Shown: positions 1 to 13,400 of the stretch, piece after piece | Layout of the letters: each line of letters starts with the position of its first letter | Numbering within the stretch: position 1 is the stretch's first letter | Source: Phoronis australis | Lineage: Eukaryota; Animalia; Phoronida | Assembly: GCA_002633005.1 (NCBI GenBank) | Contig: NMRA01000017.1 | Span: 764,001-828,000, forward strand | Direction of reading: 5' to 3' | Length of the DNA: 64,000 nucleotides | The notes under the pieces: model-generated | The model's database searches: none | What the model was told of the DNA's origin: nothing | What the model saw: only the letters and a program-made list of their open reading frames with translations | Made by a program: the position numbers and the translations under genes

Positions 1-655
1 GTGAAAAATTGCCAACTTCAAAATCAGAAAAACTGAGAATGAAGCAGCTGATTTAACAAAAAAAATATACCACAGCATGACCAAACTTTATTTCACGACT
101 TGATTTCTGTGATCCTTGCAAAATCCAATCAAAATAATCACTGGGAAACCGAATGTCCCAAGGTAATAAACACATTACCTGTACAACGTCCAATATATAC
201 TCTTTAAAGAGACATCGCTTACAAGTTCACAAAATTGTCAATAATCTGTAAATGTTAACTTTAATTGTAATATAAAAGTATGAGACTATAGATACCCTGG
301 TAATGCTAAATGTACTAACACCACCCCAAACCAGCCACCGATGGCCGATGACACTAATAACGGACAGTTCTAACGTATCAAGGTAATAATTCTAGCCAAT
401 CAGATCATGGAAGCTATATTTGTCCCACAAACATAGATTGGGAAGGGAAGTTTTGAGGTGGCTTTATGATGCGTTTGGGGCACCTGCAATGCGGAGAAAG
501 AACGAGGATATTAAAGTGCCTGTTATCGATAACAGCGTGTAGTGGGCATCACCATCAAATGATTGACTGGATATACCATAGACTGTTATCAAGTATCTAC
601 AGATGAATAAGCACAAAGTTAAATAATAGTGCTTAATATCATGAATTAAGAATTA

Positions 656-806
656 AACATGGAACATAGAATGATCGCTGCGTAGCTTACGGAAACATGG
701 CGTTGTCAATAAATCAAGACGCTTAACACTAGAACATGGAACATACGATGATCACAGCTCCCCTTAAGGAAACATGACCTCAACAATAAACAAAGACACT
801 TAACAC
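656..806. repeat. Degenerate tandem duplication, ~77 bp x2
   Basis: AACATGGAACATA...GGAAACATG...CAATAAA...CTTAACAC occurs starting at 656 and again at 733. Confidence 0.75.
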
Positions 807-3800
807 ACCAGCAGACACTAGCAAATTTCTTAAAAGATCTCATTAATATGTATGTGGGATACGAAAGCGAGGCAACGTAATGACTGCGTCTACTTTGCGT
901 AGAGGCTGTCTATTGTTTGTAGCTGATTTAACTTTAGGTTTCTTTGAAGAGTTCAAAAATGGTTCGAGTAGCTCCGAGAACGATAGCAGTTGAGAAAAAA
1001 ATTCAAATAATATCCAGGGATGTTCATAAATGACGTAATAAATGAGTATCGTATCGGCGCAGGCAGCCCAGTCTACACAAATCAAGACTGTCAGTGGGCC
1101 TCGGGTATGTCGTGGTCTGGTCTAATGATTAATGTAAACTGGTGAAAGTTAGTTACGTATTTGGATGTACAATTATGAACATAGGATAATCAATGTCGAG
1201 TTACCCGTTCTAATGTTGTTTGAATATGGATTTCGCACTGTTTAGCTGGCTAAAAAAGAAAAAATCGAAGGTCTTTTGCTCTGAAAAACTCTCATCAGAT
1301 TATATCCCTATTACCAACTCAAAAAATGATGTTAACAAGCCGAAAAATGTCTCACCTAAGTTCGTTATATTGCAATACCCCACTATTTCATAAAATTGGA
1401 TACATTGTCTGCCTTTACTAATATTTTGAGGCTCAGGCATTACAACAGAACCATTTTCAAAGTAATCCCTTGTTTCTGCACTTCACGTAAAGTGTAATCA
1501 AAACCGCAGCAAACTCATGAACATCATTCAGATGAAGTTCCGACGAAAGACTGAATGAACAGTGTTTGTGCAGGTGGATTTGACTCCATAGCTTGCTTCG
1601 GTGGAGCCATATAAACATATTGGTTCTGATACCCCTTCATTTCTCATCCATCTTTTCCCTTGTCCTATAGTTTTGTCTGTGCGTAAGCCAGCGCGTCACC
1701 AGCATGCATGAGGCAACACAGGGATTTCTCCATTAAAAGTACTACTTTTGTGCGGACGGAAAATGTCGGGCAGCTTTAGTCTTGTTTGTACGATCTTTTC
1801 CTACCGTACTGCGCAACATCTTGGCGCGATTAACATCTGTTATTGACTTACGACCCATACACTGAGCCGGTGAATTCTCCCTAAACGGTAAAAGAATGAT
1901 GAACCCCTAATTCAAGCCTGGAAACGAATCTCGACTTTCATGGTACTTCTAGGCAACTCTGCGTGGATTTGGATTTGAACGTTCACCTGGCATAATACGT
2001 GTGATCAAGATCCTGAGTTAACAGTAGATACTGTACCGCACCAATATGTTGTACGAGGTCATTGGTAAGAGAAGAGAGAATACTTCACCCTTTCGTATTT
2101 ATAATTTACCTTTCTCCACTCTTACAATGTCCGTCAGCACGAGTCATGCAATCAATACAACGAGTAAATCAATGTGTTACTATATTGCAAAAGAAAAGGC
2201 GAACCCATACTCGAACAGCAAAAACCTTGTGATGAAAAACAAGTTCTGGAACGAATGTGGTCACGTGCTTCTATCATTACGTCTGAAACTGAAAACTTAA
2301 GTATAGATACATCAAGTGGACAATTATATGCAATAGGCAGTAAGATATTGCAAAATAGCTAAAATTCAGTAATGACGGCACTAATTTGCCAAAACAAAAA
2401 ATACGTGGAACATTTTTGTTGGCTTTTTAACATCCTTTTTACCTATTTTCCTGCACGAAAATGCAGTTCATAATTTGATGTGGAGTGTGGGGTCCACAAA
2501 GGGCCATTTAGCCGACTTGAGTACACCGGTTGGTCTACGAAATAGCTCACAGGACCACCGAATCGCGTCACCGAAATTAAGAGTACAATGCGAAACAATG
2601 TAGTACTCTTCGTACTCGGTTTTTTGAATCGATCAGACGTCAGTGTGAACGTCGCTTGGCGAGTCAATAGGCTGGCTTAATCTACGAATATGTTCAAAGA
2701 CTTGGTATGGTGGATAAACCGGTACCCACAACCGTTCGTTTGCTTCCCTAGAGCCTATTTTGACTGTGTGACTTTAGATAGTTACAGTTTCGGGGGAAAT
2801 ATGAACTATGTACGTGGTAGAGGGTTTGTTTGTACAGCGCAAGTACCCTTAAAAAGGACTTCCGACACATTGACTTCGCGCGTGGGGGACTTGGTAGAGG
2901 TAACTATGGTGGGCGTGGCCTAACTGCGTTTGTCGGAACTATTCATAGGCTATATTCTTCAGGGTAATCATTGTCTCATTCTGGCTTCCCCCTTATAGTT
3001 CTCTCGTATAAGCTCGGAATGACACACGATCTTGTATCAACACTCAATGCAACAGCTGGCCCATATTCATTGCAAAAACGAAGAGAGTGCAAACACATGA
3101 ATACGTAACGCACTGCATTCCTGGATTTCACGTCGATCACATCCGAATATTGGGCGGCTGTACATTGCATTATGTGCGACTGTCAATCCAAGCTTATGAG
3201 ATGACGCCGAGTAAGCTAAGATGCGTACAGCCATTGTAGACTTCAATAGCACGTGCCTAAGCAGTAACAATGAACACCACGAAATCTCGTGATCCTGCCA
3301 AAAGCGCAATATGCAAACGTTTTTTTGAACCCATTCCAATGTTTCTCATCTATGGTTCATCACAGGTCGGAAACTTAAGTGGGTGATAAAAGTTTAAAGC
3401 AGTCGCCAAACACGTCACGTTTCATTATAAGCTTATGAAAACTGAAGTATTTGCGAAAGTTAACAGAAAACTAACAAGTGACTCTGTGTATTGGATTGCG
3501 TTTATTGAATAGGGATAAAGGCTTGGTCAAAATATTATTGAAACACTTCTAAACACTTAGAGGGTGTTGCCAACGCTATTAAATGACCACTACATTTAAC
3601 TTGTGCGCTTCAAGGCCCCTCTGTCTGCTGATCGTATTCGCCATGTCGATATCGCGCTTCTATCCTCGGGTGTACCCTTGAAACATTTTCAGTTAATTAA
3701 CTAATTAATGATCAATTGAGTTTACGATGCTGTTAATGCTGTTAGTCAGTACCCAATGCTCATGAAATTCAAGTTTGTCTCAGCGTCTTCTACTGTAGCT

Positions 3801-5699
3801 CCATCTGTCGTTAGGTTTTAATTGGCCACTCACGCCCCATTAGACAGAACAATTAATACCATATGTAAAGGTGAAAATGTCATGTTATCAACGAATAAAG
3901 TTTGTTTTCGTTTACAATGTTTTATCTTAAAATACCAGACTTAACAACGAATATCGTGTTTGAAGCACACTTCACTGACCCTTTCAGGGTGGAATCTAGC
4001 CGTATCTATAAAAATCCAATCTTTCCGTTTGTCTACGCAAAAACTGTCGTTTAAAAAGTGGCAGGCGGTCTGACGTATTGTGTGTGGAGGCCTCACTATC
4101 GCGTGACTATATAAAAGTTGGATAAAAATCGGAGTTAATGCATTAAGATAAACACATCACAATACGAAAACACGATAGAATTTATAAACATAACGGGAAA
4201 GAAACCGAATAGAAGAAATATCTGATAGAGAGGTCTGATATCCTTTAGCGTTGCTTTTCACCATAACATTAGTTTGAATGACCGGTATATCAAACAATAA
4301 CCAAATTAAGCCAAGTGTAACGCTTCATGTCTACATTAGTGCTGAGTCACACGCGCGACTCACAAGACGCACAAATGCTCGTAACAAACTATCACCCCCC
4401 ATTAGTCTTAAGTTAGGAAAGTAAACACGATTTACAGACATACTTATTGCTAACCAACGTGGAGTATCGGTTTGCATACATTGGCTTTGGACGCATTGTC
4501 ATAACCTGTTTTTATTTTGGCACCTTATCACCAAATGCAATCATAGAATAAATATTTGATTTTGATTCAGATTGTTTTAATGGAGAGACCTGGGCCAATT
4601 TTTAAGAACAATTCCTAAGGCATTTTGTAGGAATTGACTTGTGTGTAAATGGAGATGCGGTTGCTTGAAATTTCAATGTTAGCAAAAACTATTCATGATT
4701 GTTTATGTAGTTTCAAGTACGAAACGAACAAAGGTGAACAAAAGCTTGATTTGTCACATGACTGACTCAAGAGTAGAACACTATCAAATTCAAGTGTTTT
4801 GCACGCGCCTCCACTGCAGCCTAATTGCATTTCCTGCCGGAATGTCAGTCAATTGGTTTGAACTGTCCTCAGGAACACCGTCATTCGTCTGTAAACTGTT
4901 GCACATGTTCTTCCGAACATGGATTTTATTTTTTTCTCTAGAAAATATAGATTTGCCTCAGGTTTTTAGACTCAAAACAATGATTTTTAGGGAATGTTAT
5001 AACCGATGTCGACGCGGGCGTACAAGTGAAGGCAAACGGGTATGGAGGGTAATAAAGTGATGTCACCGCGGGGCGAAACTGGCAGGGAGGTGTCGGAGGC
5101 ACGCGCTCATACTTTTTGTATGCCGTTTTGAATAAAAAACGTAAAACTTATTTTTGTATCTATGTATGTTTCATTTATAATGTCGAGTTCACTTTTTAAA
5201 CAATAGCCAAGGCCGGATTGTACATGCTCGCCACCTATCGGAAGATACAATAAAAAGTTCAGTCTGTCTTGACGCCGAGGGTACTAAGTGCTTTCTTATT
5301 ATATAAACATGACCATACGTAATAAAAGGAAACAGGATTATATGTACACAAAGTAAATAAAATAAACTACTTAGATGTTAATTGAACTACAGTGAACTCC
5401 ACAAAGGAACATTAACACTCGCAATTTTAATAAAACTTTAATAAAGTACACAACAAAACATCACAAGTTATCAGTTCCTAAGCAAGGTGAACTGAGAACA
5501 AGATGCTGTAGAACATTCGTAAGTTCTTGTCGTTTGACTAAGTTGATAGTTTTAGATAATTCATTGAAATTGAGATTAATACAACTTAAGGCATTTCTGT
5601 AGTGAAAAAGTGAGAATGCATGGAAACAAAGAAAAATAATATCCGGCGTCAGCAACGTAATGCAGAATTAGACACACAGCTGTGGTAGACTTCGCGAGA

Positions 5700-5793
5700 T
5701 TACGTGAGATATTGCCATGCATTTTTATTGAGAACACGTGATTTTGGCCAAATTTTAGCGAAGCCCTGGTGTAGGTCCTAGCGTTACTGAACT
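5700..5793. mobile_element. MITE-like family A, partial copy
   Basis: GAGAACACGTGATTTTGGCCAAATTTT...GTAGGTCCTAGCGTTACTGAAC matches the right half of the copies at 54227 and 59790. Confidence 0.65.
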
Positions 5794-6872
5794 GAAGTGT
5801 CGCTGATCTAAAAGAGTCTCACGTTACTTCAAAGCACCAATGTTGGTCGCTCCTTTTTTTAGTCAATTTTTTACATATTTTACAATGACAACAAAAAAGA
5901 TCATAATTCACAAAAAAGAAAATCAAATATTTTCATTTAGTTAGTTAAACTGAAATGCATTTTGATTATCTGAGTTTAGAATTAACCAGGACCGGTCCTA
6001 ACTTTTGGGTGTTCTGAGCAAGATTTGACTGGAGGCATTTTCAGCGTAGACTGATTCCATTTCCTAGACACCGAGGTCCCCATGGTCGACGCAGGTCCCT
6101 CCAAGCAGACGCTGATTTCACCTAGTGGGCGGGTCGACCGGGAATTAACCTGTAAAAGTGATCTTTTATCGATCGTTTAAATTTACAACGTCCTTTTACA
6201 AGTGAAATGCAACAATAAGCCCCAAGCCTTATCAGCTGTCTTTTCAAAAATCGCATCTGGAAAACTTCGATTATAGTGTAATATTACAGCCTCTACAGAT
6301 CCACAAAATCGTCATGGTGGAGGAAACGAATCCTCGCGCAAAAACTCCGAAGCAACGGAATATGATAGTCACGTGAGGCTTGCCTGACCAGGGCTAATGG
6401 CCTCACTGACACAAGTGACATCTAGTGACTATCACTCATCCTTGAGGATTAGAAGCTGCACCAATACCGGGATTTTCGGAGACGGCGTATATTCTTAAAA
6501 GGATTCATTTTTCACCTTCCTAGCGTCTCTAATATACTGTAAGTCAGGTCGGTATATTCGGAAAATCAGTGGGCAGACTGACTGAACATGTATCATAGAA
6601 TATGTCACGACGAATGTTTTTGTAGCTGCAAATCTGGCTGACATAACTACCACGTAGGCTAATGATGATTATAAACGTGCATCCGTAAACAGGAATAAAT
6701 AACCTGTCATTTACAGCGTTTACAGGAACATACACTGTACGTTGTGACTGACAGTAAGGTTATTCCTGGAGGTATTGGACTGTTCGTTTGAACTTTGACC
6801 TGTCTTTAACAGCTTCCTCAGCTTCATCACATTCATCTAACTGGAGAACAACACCAAATAACAATTATGAAC

Positions 6873-7021
6873 AATGATATTACTCCCTGGTTATATCTGG
6901 CACCGATATATTACTCCCTAGTTACATCGAGGAAATAATGATATCAATATCAGGTTATATCTAGGACCCGAATGATATTAACATCGGGTTATATCTAGGA
7001 CCAATGATATTACTTCCAGGT
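6873..7021. repeat. Degenerate minisatellite, ~31 bp unit, ~5 copies
   Basis: Recurring AATGATATTAC...GGTTATATCTAGGAC motif. Confidence 0.7.
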
Positions 7022-7062
7022 AATAGGCCTATAGCTCTCACAAACCATACATAAAACGTTCA

Positions 7063-7136
7063 GATGGGCGACACACCATAGGGGGCTGGGAGGGGGCTAC
7101 AGTCCCCCACTCTTTTCAGTGTTCGCACCGCCCATG
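7063..7136. mobile_element. Short GC-rich MITE-like element (ATGGGCG...CGCCCATG termini)
   Basis: Short inverted ends; the internal GGGGGC...CCCCC...TTTTCAGTG resembles 62931-63016. Confidence 0.45.
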
Positions 7137-8872
7137 ATTCATTCCTTCCTAAGAACGAAATTTCGACTTACATCACTTGCCCATATAGAATGGCCTCGGC
7201 TTGTTCATACCCAGGTGAGAAGTAATTCTGGGTAACAAACAACTTGCAATTTCTTGAGATCATGCAAGATGCATAAAATGACACGCCTTGACACGCCAGC
7301 TCGTTGACCCTGGTATCATCCGAACTGTCACTTCTTGCGAATCCCTGAAATTACCTCCCATATTAGAAAGCACTTATATAACAGTAAGCCAAAGTCACCA
7401 AGCGGTCTAAATCTGAAGTTGTTTTTTGTTATGAAAGGCAGTAGCATCTCATTTCGTAATCAACAGATCTAGATCAACCACCAGATTTCGACAAATGTAA
7501 TTTCCCAGTTTGTCAGATACTACATAACCTGAAGTGAACTCTTTTCGCATTGAATTTAACATGAAAAGCCCCCCCCCGTCTTGGTAACTAAGGAATCATG
7601 CGAACCCAACTCGTCTGATCCGAACGTCCCATATATGTGTATGCCTCTAGTGTAGGGAACCCTCCGTGCTACACGAGCATTTCCTTAAAGAGGCAAAGTA
7701 TCTGACTGTACCTGTCGATAATAGCTGTGACCCTAACTGATGTCAAGAAGTATATGAAGAGATGGCCCCGTCTGAACATTACATTTTAAAAACTGTTGTC
7801 TGGAAATCCACGTTACTAACTTAGGTAGAGCAAACGTTTTTTGTGTTCATGCAACTAAATCAAAATTTAACGAGACGTAAGGTCGACTGAGAGCGCAAAC
7901 TCCCACGACTACAACAAACAGGGCCGAGTTTAAACAAACCTTGTTTTATAAGAACACACGGTCAAAACACGGAATTCTATGTCCCAGTTCGGCCTGTGGG
8001 CGTTGTTTAGCAGTTCTGAGTCAGTCTGACAATTCAAGCTATCCTGGCTGCCACACTCTCAATACAGAAATAGTTACTGCTGTTTACACACGTAACAGTT
8101 TCACTTACAAAATAATGTTTAGGTAAATGGAGACGTGCATGTGACTAATTAACCGTTGTACAGGTGTTATTATTTTAACTCCGTTCGCTTTACATTCATG
8201 AAACTTAATCGCTTGTGGCTGCTATAAACGTACTGTATGTCAAAAAATAACTTTTCATTTATTGTACCGCTTACCTTTGTTAAACCACTCGACTTAGATT
8301 AGAGGTAACTTCAGTGCTACTGAAGAACTGGCAGCGCAGCACTGCTTGAAACCAGTATCAATAAATTGACATGTTACGGCGAATCCCAATCTCACCTGAA
8401 TAAGGACTGAAATGAGAACCATTTCATACCATTAAAAGCTGCAAACCCAAAACAACTTTCTTTGACGGATGGCGGCAGTATAGCGGCTTTTAACTATTAG
8501 TTCTGCCTATCTGTATTTGTTGACAAATTAACATTTCTCGTAGAATAAGCATCGTAATAACGTATACTTATATATTATCCTTATTCCTCGCATGATGAGA
8601 GAAAAATACATTTTTTACTATTTTTTTGTGAATCGGATACTGAGATTCCCTGTTGATCAGTCACAAAAAACCTGTGCTGGCTGCCTGAATGAGCAGCTCA
8701 CAGGTGTGTACCGCACGCTGGCTATGTTTTGTTAAGCTTATGGGCTTCCTACCGTGTGATACAGCCACACTCTCTGCTTGTATGCCCTGCTGTCACCGTG
8801 TATTTCAATGTTTATTTCACTTCTTATAAGTTCCTTTCACTCATTGCCTGATGACGAGACATGTAGCTAGTG

Positions 8873-10442
8873 TTTAAATTTGTCCGTCTGTTATGTCTCT
8901 CGGTGTTTTGCTACATAGCTGCGCAATTTGCTTTGGGCATGATTTTTTAGAGTTTTAAGGAAACAACTTTCCCGGTGAAGAACGAAAACTACAAACATCA
9001 CCACGTTGGAATAATGTCTCAAAACTTCACAGCACGATGATAATAGGATCAAACGAATTCATTGCAATTCCCAAATCGCTCTTAAGACGTCTTCTTTCGC
9101 CGATCGATCTAGAGCTGCCCGAGTGTGGATATGAAATTGCGGCCTCAGTAGTTGACTAGTTCCTAGCAGACTAGAGGGCTCCGATCTACTCTAACTCATG
9201 ACATCAAGTAACTTAGCAACGAAGGCGGGCCCTCCCAAACAAGCGCACAGGTCGGTCTCATCTCACTGGAGGACAATTCGCCTCCTGGTAATGGCGGCAT
9301 ATTTATTAGTTTACCCTGCACTTGCTGCTGTTAGTTCAGTCGCTCTGATGTAGAGCTTATCCTACAAACGGTACTTTTCTTCGTACTGTTATGCCCATGG
9401 GATTTTTAGAATAATTCGTCATGTGCAGAATAATAACAATGCAACAAACAAACCGTGTTTTACGTATTGTCCGAGAAACCTGCACGAAAATGCCTGATAT
9501 TTCAGAAAAAACAATACCCTTAACGCCGGCCCGCAACATGAACCTTCATGNCAAAACAAAAGTAGAATAGAACAGATTCGCACAGTAAGCTCAACGCAAA
9601 ACCAAGTGGCGGGAAGCGCTTGCCTCCTAAAACGTCACTTCCGGAAAAGCGGACGAGTAATTAATAAAATTACGGAAAGCTGTAATTAAGTGAAAAATAT
9701 GTCTAGGATAACCAACCAACCTTATTTTAGCTCAAAATGACATGGAAAAAGGTTGCCTTCGCCTTTAAATTTGTCCGTCTGTTATGTCTCTCGGTGTTTT
9801 GCTACATAGCTGCGCAATTTGCTTTGGGCATGATTTTTTAGAATTTTAAGGAAACAACTTTCCCGGTGAAGAACGAAAACTACAAACATCACCACGTTGG
9901 AATAATGTCTCAAAACTTCACAGCACGATGATAATAGGATCAAACGAATTCATTGCAATTCCCAAATCGCTCTTAAGACGTCTTCTTTCGCCGATCGATC
10001 TAGAGCTGCCCGAGTGTGGATATGAAAATTGCGGCCTCAGTAGTTGACTAGTTCCTAGCAGACTAGAGGGCTCCGATCTACTCTAACTCATGACATCAAG
10101 TAACTTAGCAACGAAGGCGGGCCCTCCCAAACAAGCGCACAGGTCGGTCTCATCTCACTGGAGGACAATTCGCCTCCTGGTAATGGCGGCATATTTATTA
10201 GTTTACCCTGCACTTGCTGCTGTTAGTTCAGTCGCTCTGATGTAGAGCTTATCCTACAAACGGTACTTTTCTTCGTACTGTTATGCCCATGGGATTTTTA
10301 GAATAATTCGTCATGTGCAGAATAATAACAATGCAACAAACAAACCGTGTTTTACGTATTGTCCGAGAAACCTGCACGAAAATGCCTGATATTTCAGAAA
10401 AAACAATACCCTTAACGCCGGCCCGCAACATGAACCTTCATG
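8873..10442. repeat. Near-identical ~680 bp direct duplication (8873-9550 and 9764-10442) spanning an assembly N at 9551
   Basis: Both copies begin TTTAAATTTGTCCGTCTG and match through GAACCTTCATG, differing by only a few single-base changes. The ORF track shows the same 60-aa ORF twice. Confidence 0.93.
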
Positions 10443-13400
10443 AACCCCACTGGATAAGTTTGATTGTTGAATGACGTAAGGTGCGTTGTTCAATAATAAC
10501 TGACAACGTGACGCGTGATAATGCGACGCAATTGTTGCTATGCGGCGTATAACTTTCATGCGACAGGACCAAACCATGTGCTCACTCTCTGTCAAACCTT
10601 GTTAAGGCCAAAAATTATAGCTGGTTCGGGTTGTAGTTTTATTGAAGATTGAGTCACCTGGTGTTTGCTCACGGCTTAAGTTGAGGGCGGGCTGGTATTA
10701 GCCGGTGAGCACAGGTCTCAAAACGAGTCGGACCAACAATAAAAAAGTTTTCCTGTCCCTGGGGTCTGTTTCAAGAAAAGTGACTTTCTACTTAATCAGA
10801 AAGTTGGTCTTATGCTCCACACAGCTAAAAAAATCATTAAAATTTACTTGAACAAAAGTGCCGCCGGAAGTCTCTGAGAATATACAAGTCTACTACCTAA
10901 TTATTGAGATAATTTATGTTAATTATTTATAGAGTGTTCATAATCAGTTGGCTAAAACTTTCCTTCAGCAATTACGAAATGGGTGCATAAGGCCAGACTG
11001 TTTAAAGTTTTAAGTCACTTTCACGAAACTGATCCCTGGAAGCCCAAACATAGACAACTTTCCTGCCCTCTATCGGCAAAAAAACCAAGACGCACATCTG
11101 GTCAGCGCAGACAAGACAGCTGCTATGAACAGTCCAGGTACAATGTGAGATATGTTCTACGGAATTAAAAATGTCTTCGTAGCTACATTTCGTGTCGGTG
11201 CAAAAGTGACGCGCGTGACTTATGAGGTAAGAAAATTATGCAGCTGTTAAGCACTATGAGTGCATATATTAGCTTACAATTTGTACAGAGGTTTTCATCG
11301 ATGATGGACAGGTACTGAGTTCCTGATCACGCGGGCACCACCTGACGCAGATAATTTGGGGAAATAGGCTATAATTTGACACTTTTAATGAAAAAATCTG
11401 ATGCTGTGACACTCAGTTATCGTTACACTCTTTTTAAAAATGCAACAGATTTCACAGTAATGCATGCATCGATGAAAATAATAATTACCGACATTGTGGT
11501 TTGTACCGTGTAACAGCTGTCAAGTCAAATTAAAAATCGTTACTTCGCTGTTCACGTCTACATCTTGAAATACAGGACTAAATTGTCTGTGAATAAATTT
11601 CACTATATCTATATGCGAATTTCGCTTATACCTGTCGATTGTTCTAAAGTTGAAAAGTATGCGTTCTCTGTAACAACTCATATTGTCGTGGAAAGAAACC
11701 TGATGCTAAAATATAGTTTCACTCTCTAACCATCGACAATACTTAAGGCTATATGGTCACCAAAACGCCGTGTTTTCAAAATTTCGTTCGTAAGTCCGTA
11801 GTAACTGTATAGAGGATTAATAACGGTTGATGATGTCTTCCAAACATTTTCAAGTGTCAGTTAATTTCAGAATAAGCTGGCAGTAATACGTACCGTAATG
11901 CAATTACCAAATACGCTAGTTCAAATTGGGTGACTTAATGAAAAGGTGTCATAACAAATTTTGACGAAATATGGTCATGCTTTGCTGTCGATGGTTTCTG
12001 AGACATTAATTAAAATTAATACAGCATCCTCCGGCTAGACAAGATTGGTGTTACCCCGATCGTCAAAACAAAGTCAAGAGTATTGGATATTTCGAATTCA
12101 TTAGTCACGTTGAGCTTCCATTAATTAGATACAAGGGAGTCGTGTTTACTAGATCATGACTGGCATACCTTGAGCTTAGCTTTACTGTGTATAGCGGAAT
12201 ACACCGATAAGCGTAGAGAAAGGTTACAACGTGCGACCCAGTGTGTGTCAAACATATGGACGTGCCTATCACGCTAACAAAGTGAAGACCTTATGTTAAC
12301 ACATTACGGATTTCATACCAACGCTTTTTAATGACAGGAAATCTTGAATTATTTTTTTTTTGTAAATGACAGTGTCGTGAAATCGCCGATACTTGTACAG
12401 TTGCACGGTCAATGAACGTCATAAATATCATTCTATTATTGATCAAATTAACTTACTGAAATAGAAAATCCCAGAAAATGTCCAAATTCTACCCGAGACT
12501 GGTATTGCCTCGAAGCCGTGATGGATAGCAAAAGTATCCCCCGATTTATTAACTTTGAAACGTTTAACGCCAACAAATGTAACATCAATATAAGTGCTTT
12601 TAAGCACATCAAGTGTTTTTTAAAATGCGCAATTTAAAAGCAACACTGGAAATAGTCTTACAGTTGCAGGTGTCAGAGATGTTGCATGGTCAACCATACT
12701 TGAATGCATGCGTTCATCTCGGGGGGTACTTCTCTGAGTGGTGCATGATGTGCGACTCACATGGGTGTTTTAGTTTCCAGCATCTTTTGTCACATGGCCT
12801 TACGAAAACTATTTGTTTTTCACGTGGACCGTACGAAAAATATATTTTTGTAACAGGACCCTAGGACTTATTTTGTTAGAATGCTTGACTAATGTGTTTG
12901 GGTTTGTTGGGTTAAAATATTCACTTCAAAGGATTGCTTATTAAATTTTGATACAGTCACACGCAGTTAGCCGGCTGGTTTTACAAATGGTCCCTTTTTA
13001 TTGAGCCTAACTCTGTGCAAGAGTGAGAAAAGAATGGTACGATTCTCTAAAAGAACGGGTATCCTGATTACTCAGAGGCATACCCCGTCAAAATAATGTA
13101 ATACCTCCGAGTGAAAACAAATTGATTCAGCAATTTGCATTATCAATTTGATCCCAACAACAAAGTTTAAGTTTAATGCACCGAGATTAAATTCCAGTTT
13201 CCGTTTCTAATAGGATCGGAATCCCATTTTATTTGTTTAATCGTATTATATGAGTTAAAAATGATAATGACATTTCGCTTTATTGGTTTTACTAGCGACG
13301 ACAGCCCACGACTTACCAATTAACTAACCATTTGCTGTTTATTGTACAAATTTGTAAAAATGTGGTCAGTTTACATTGTTTGTGTGTATTATGTTAATGT

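Noticed and set aside
843-1110. Reverse-transcriptase YADD-like trace (GPLTVLI...CADTILIYY)
   Set aside because: Too short and degenerate to distinguish from chance.
9357-10431. Duplicated 60-aa gene pair
   Set aside because: A product of the duplication across the N gap; the ORF has no recognisable homology.
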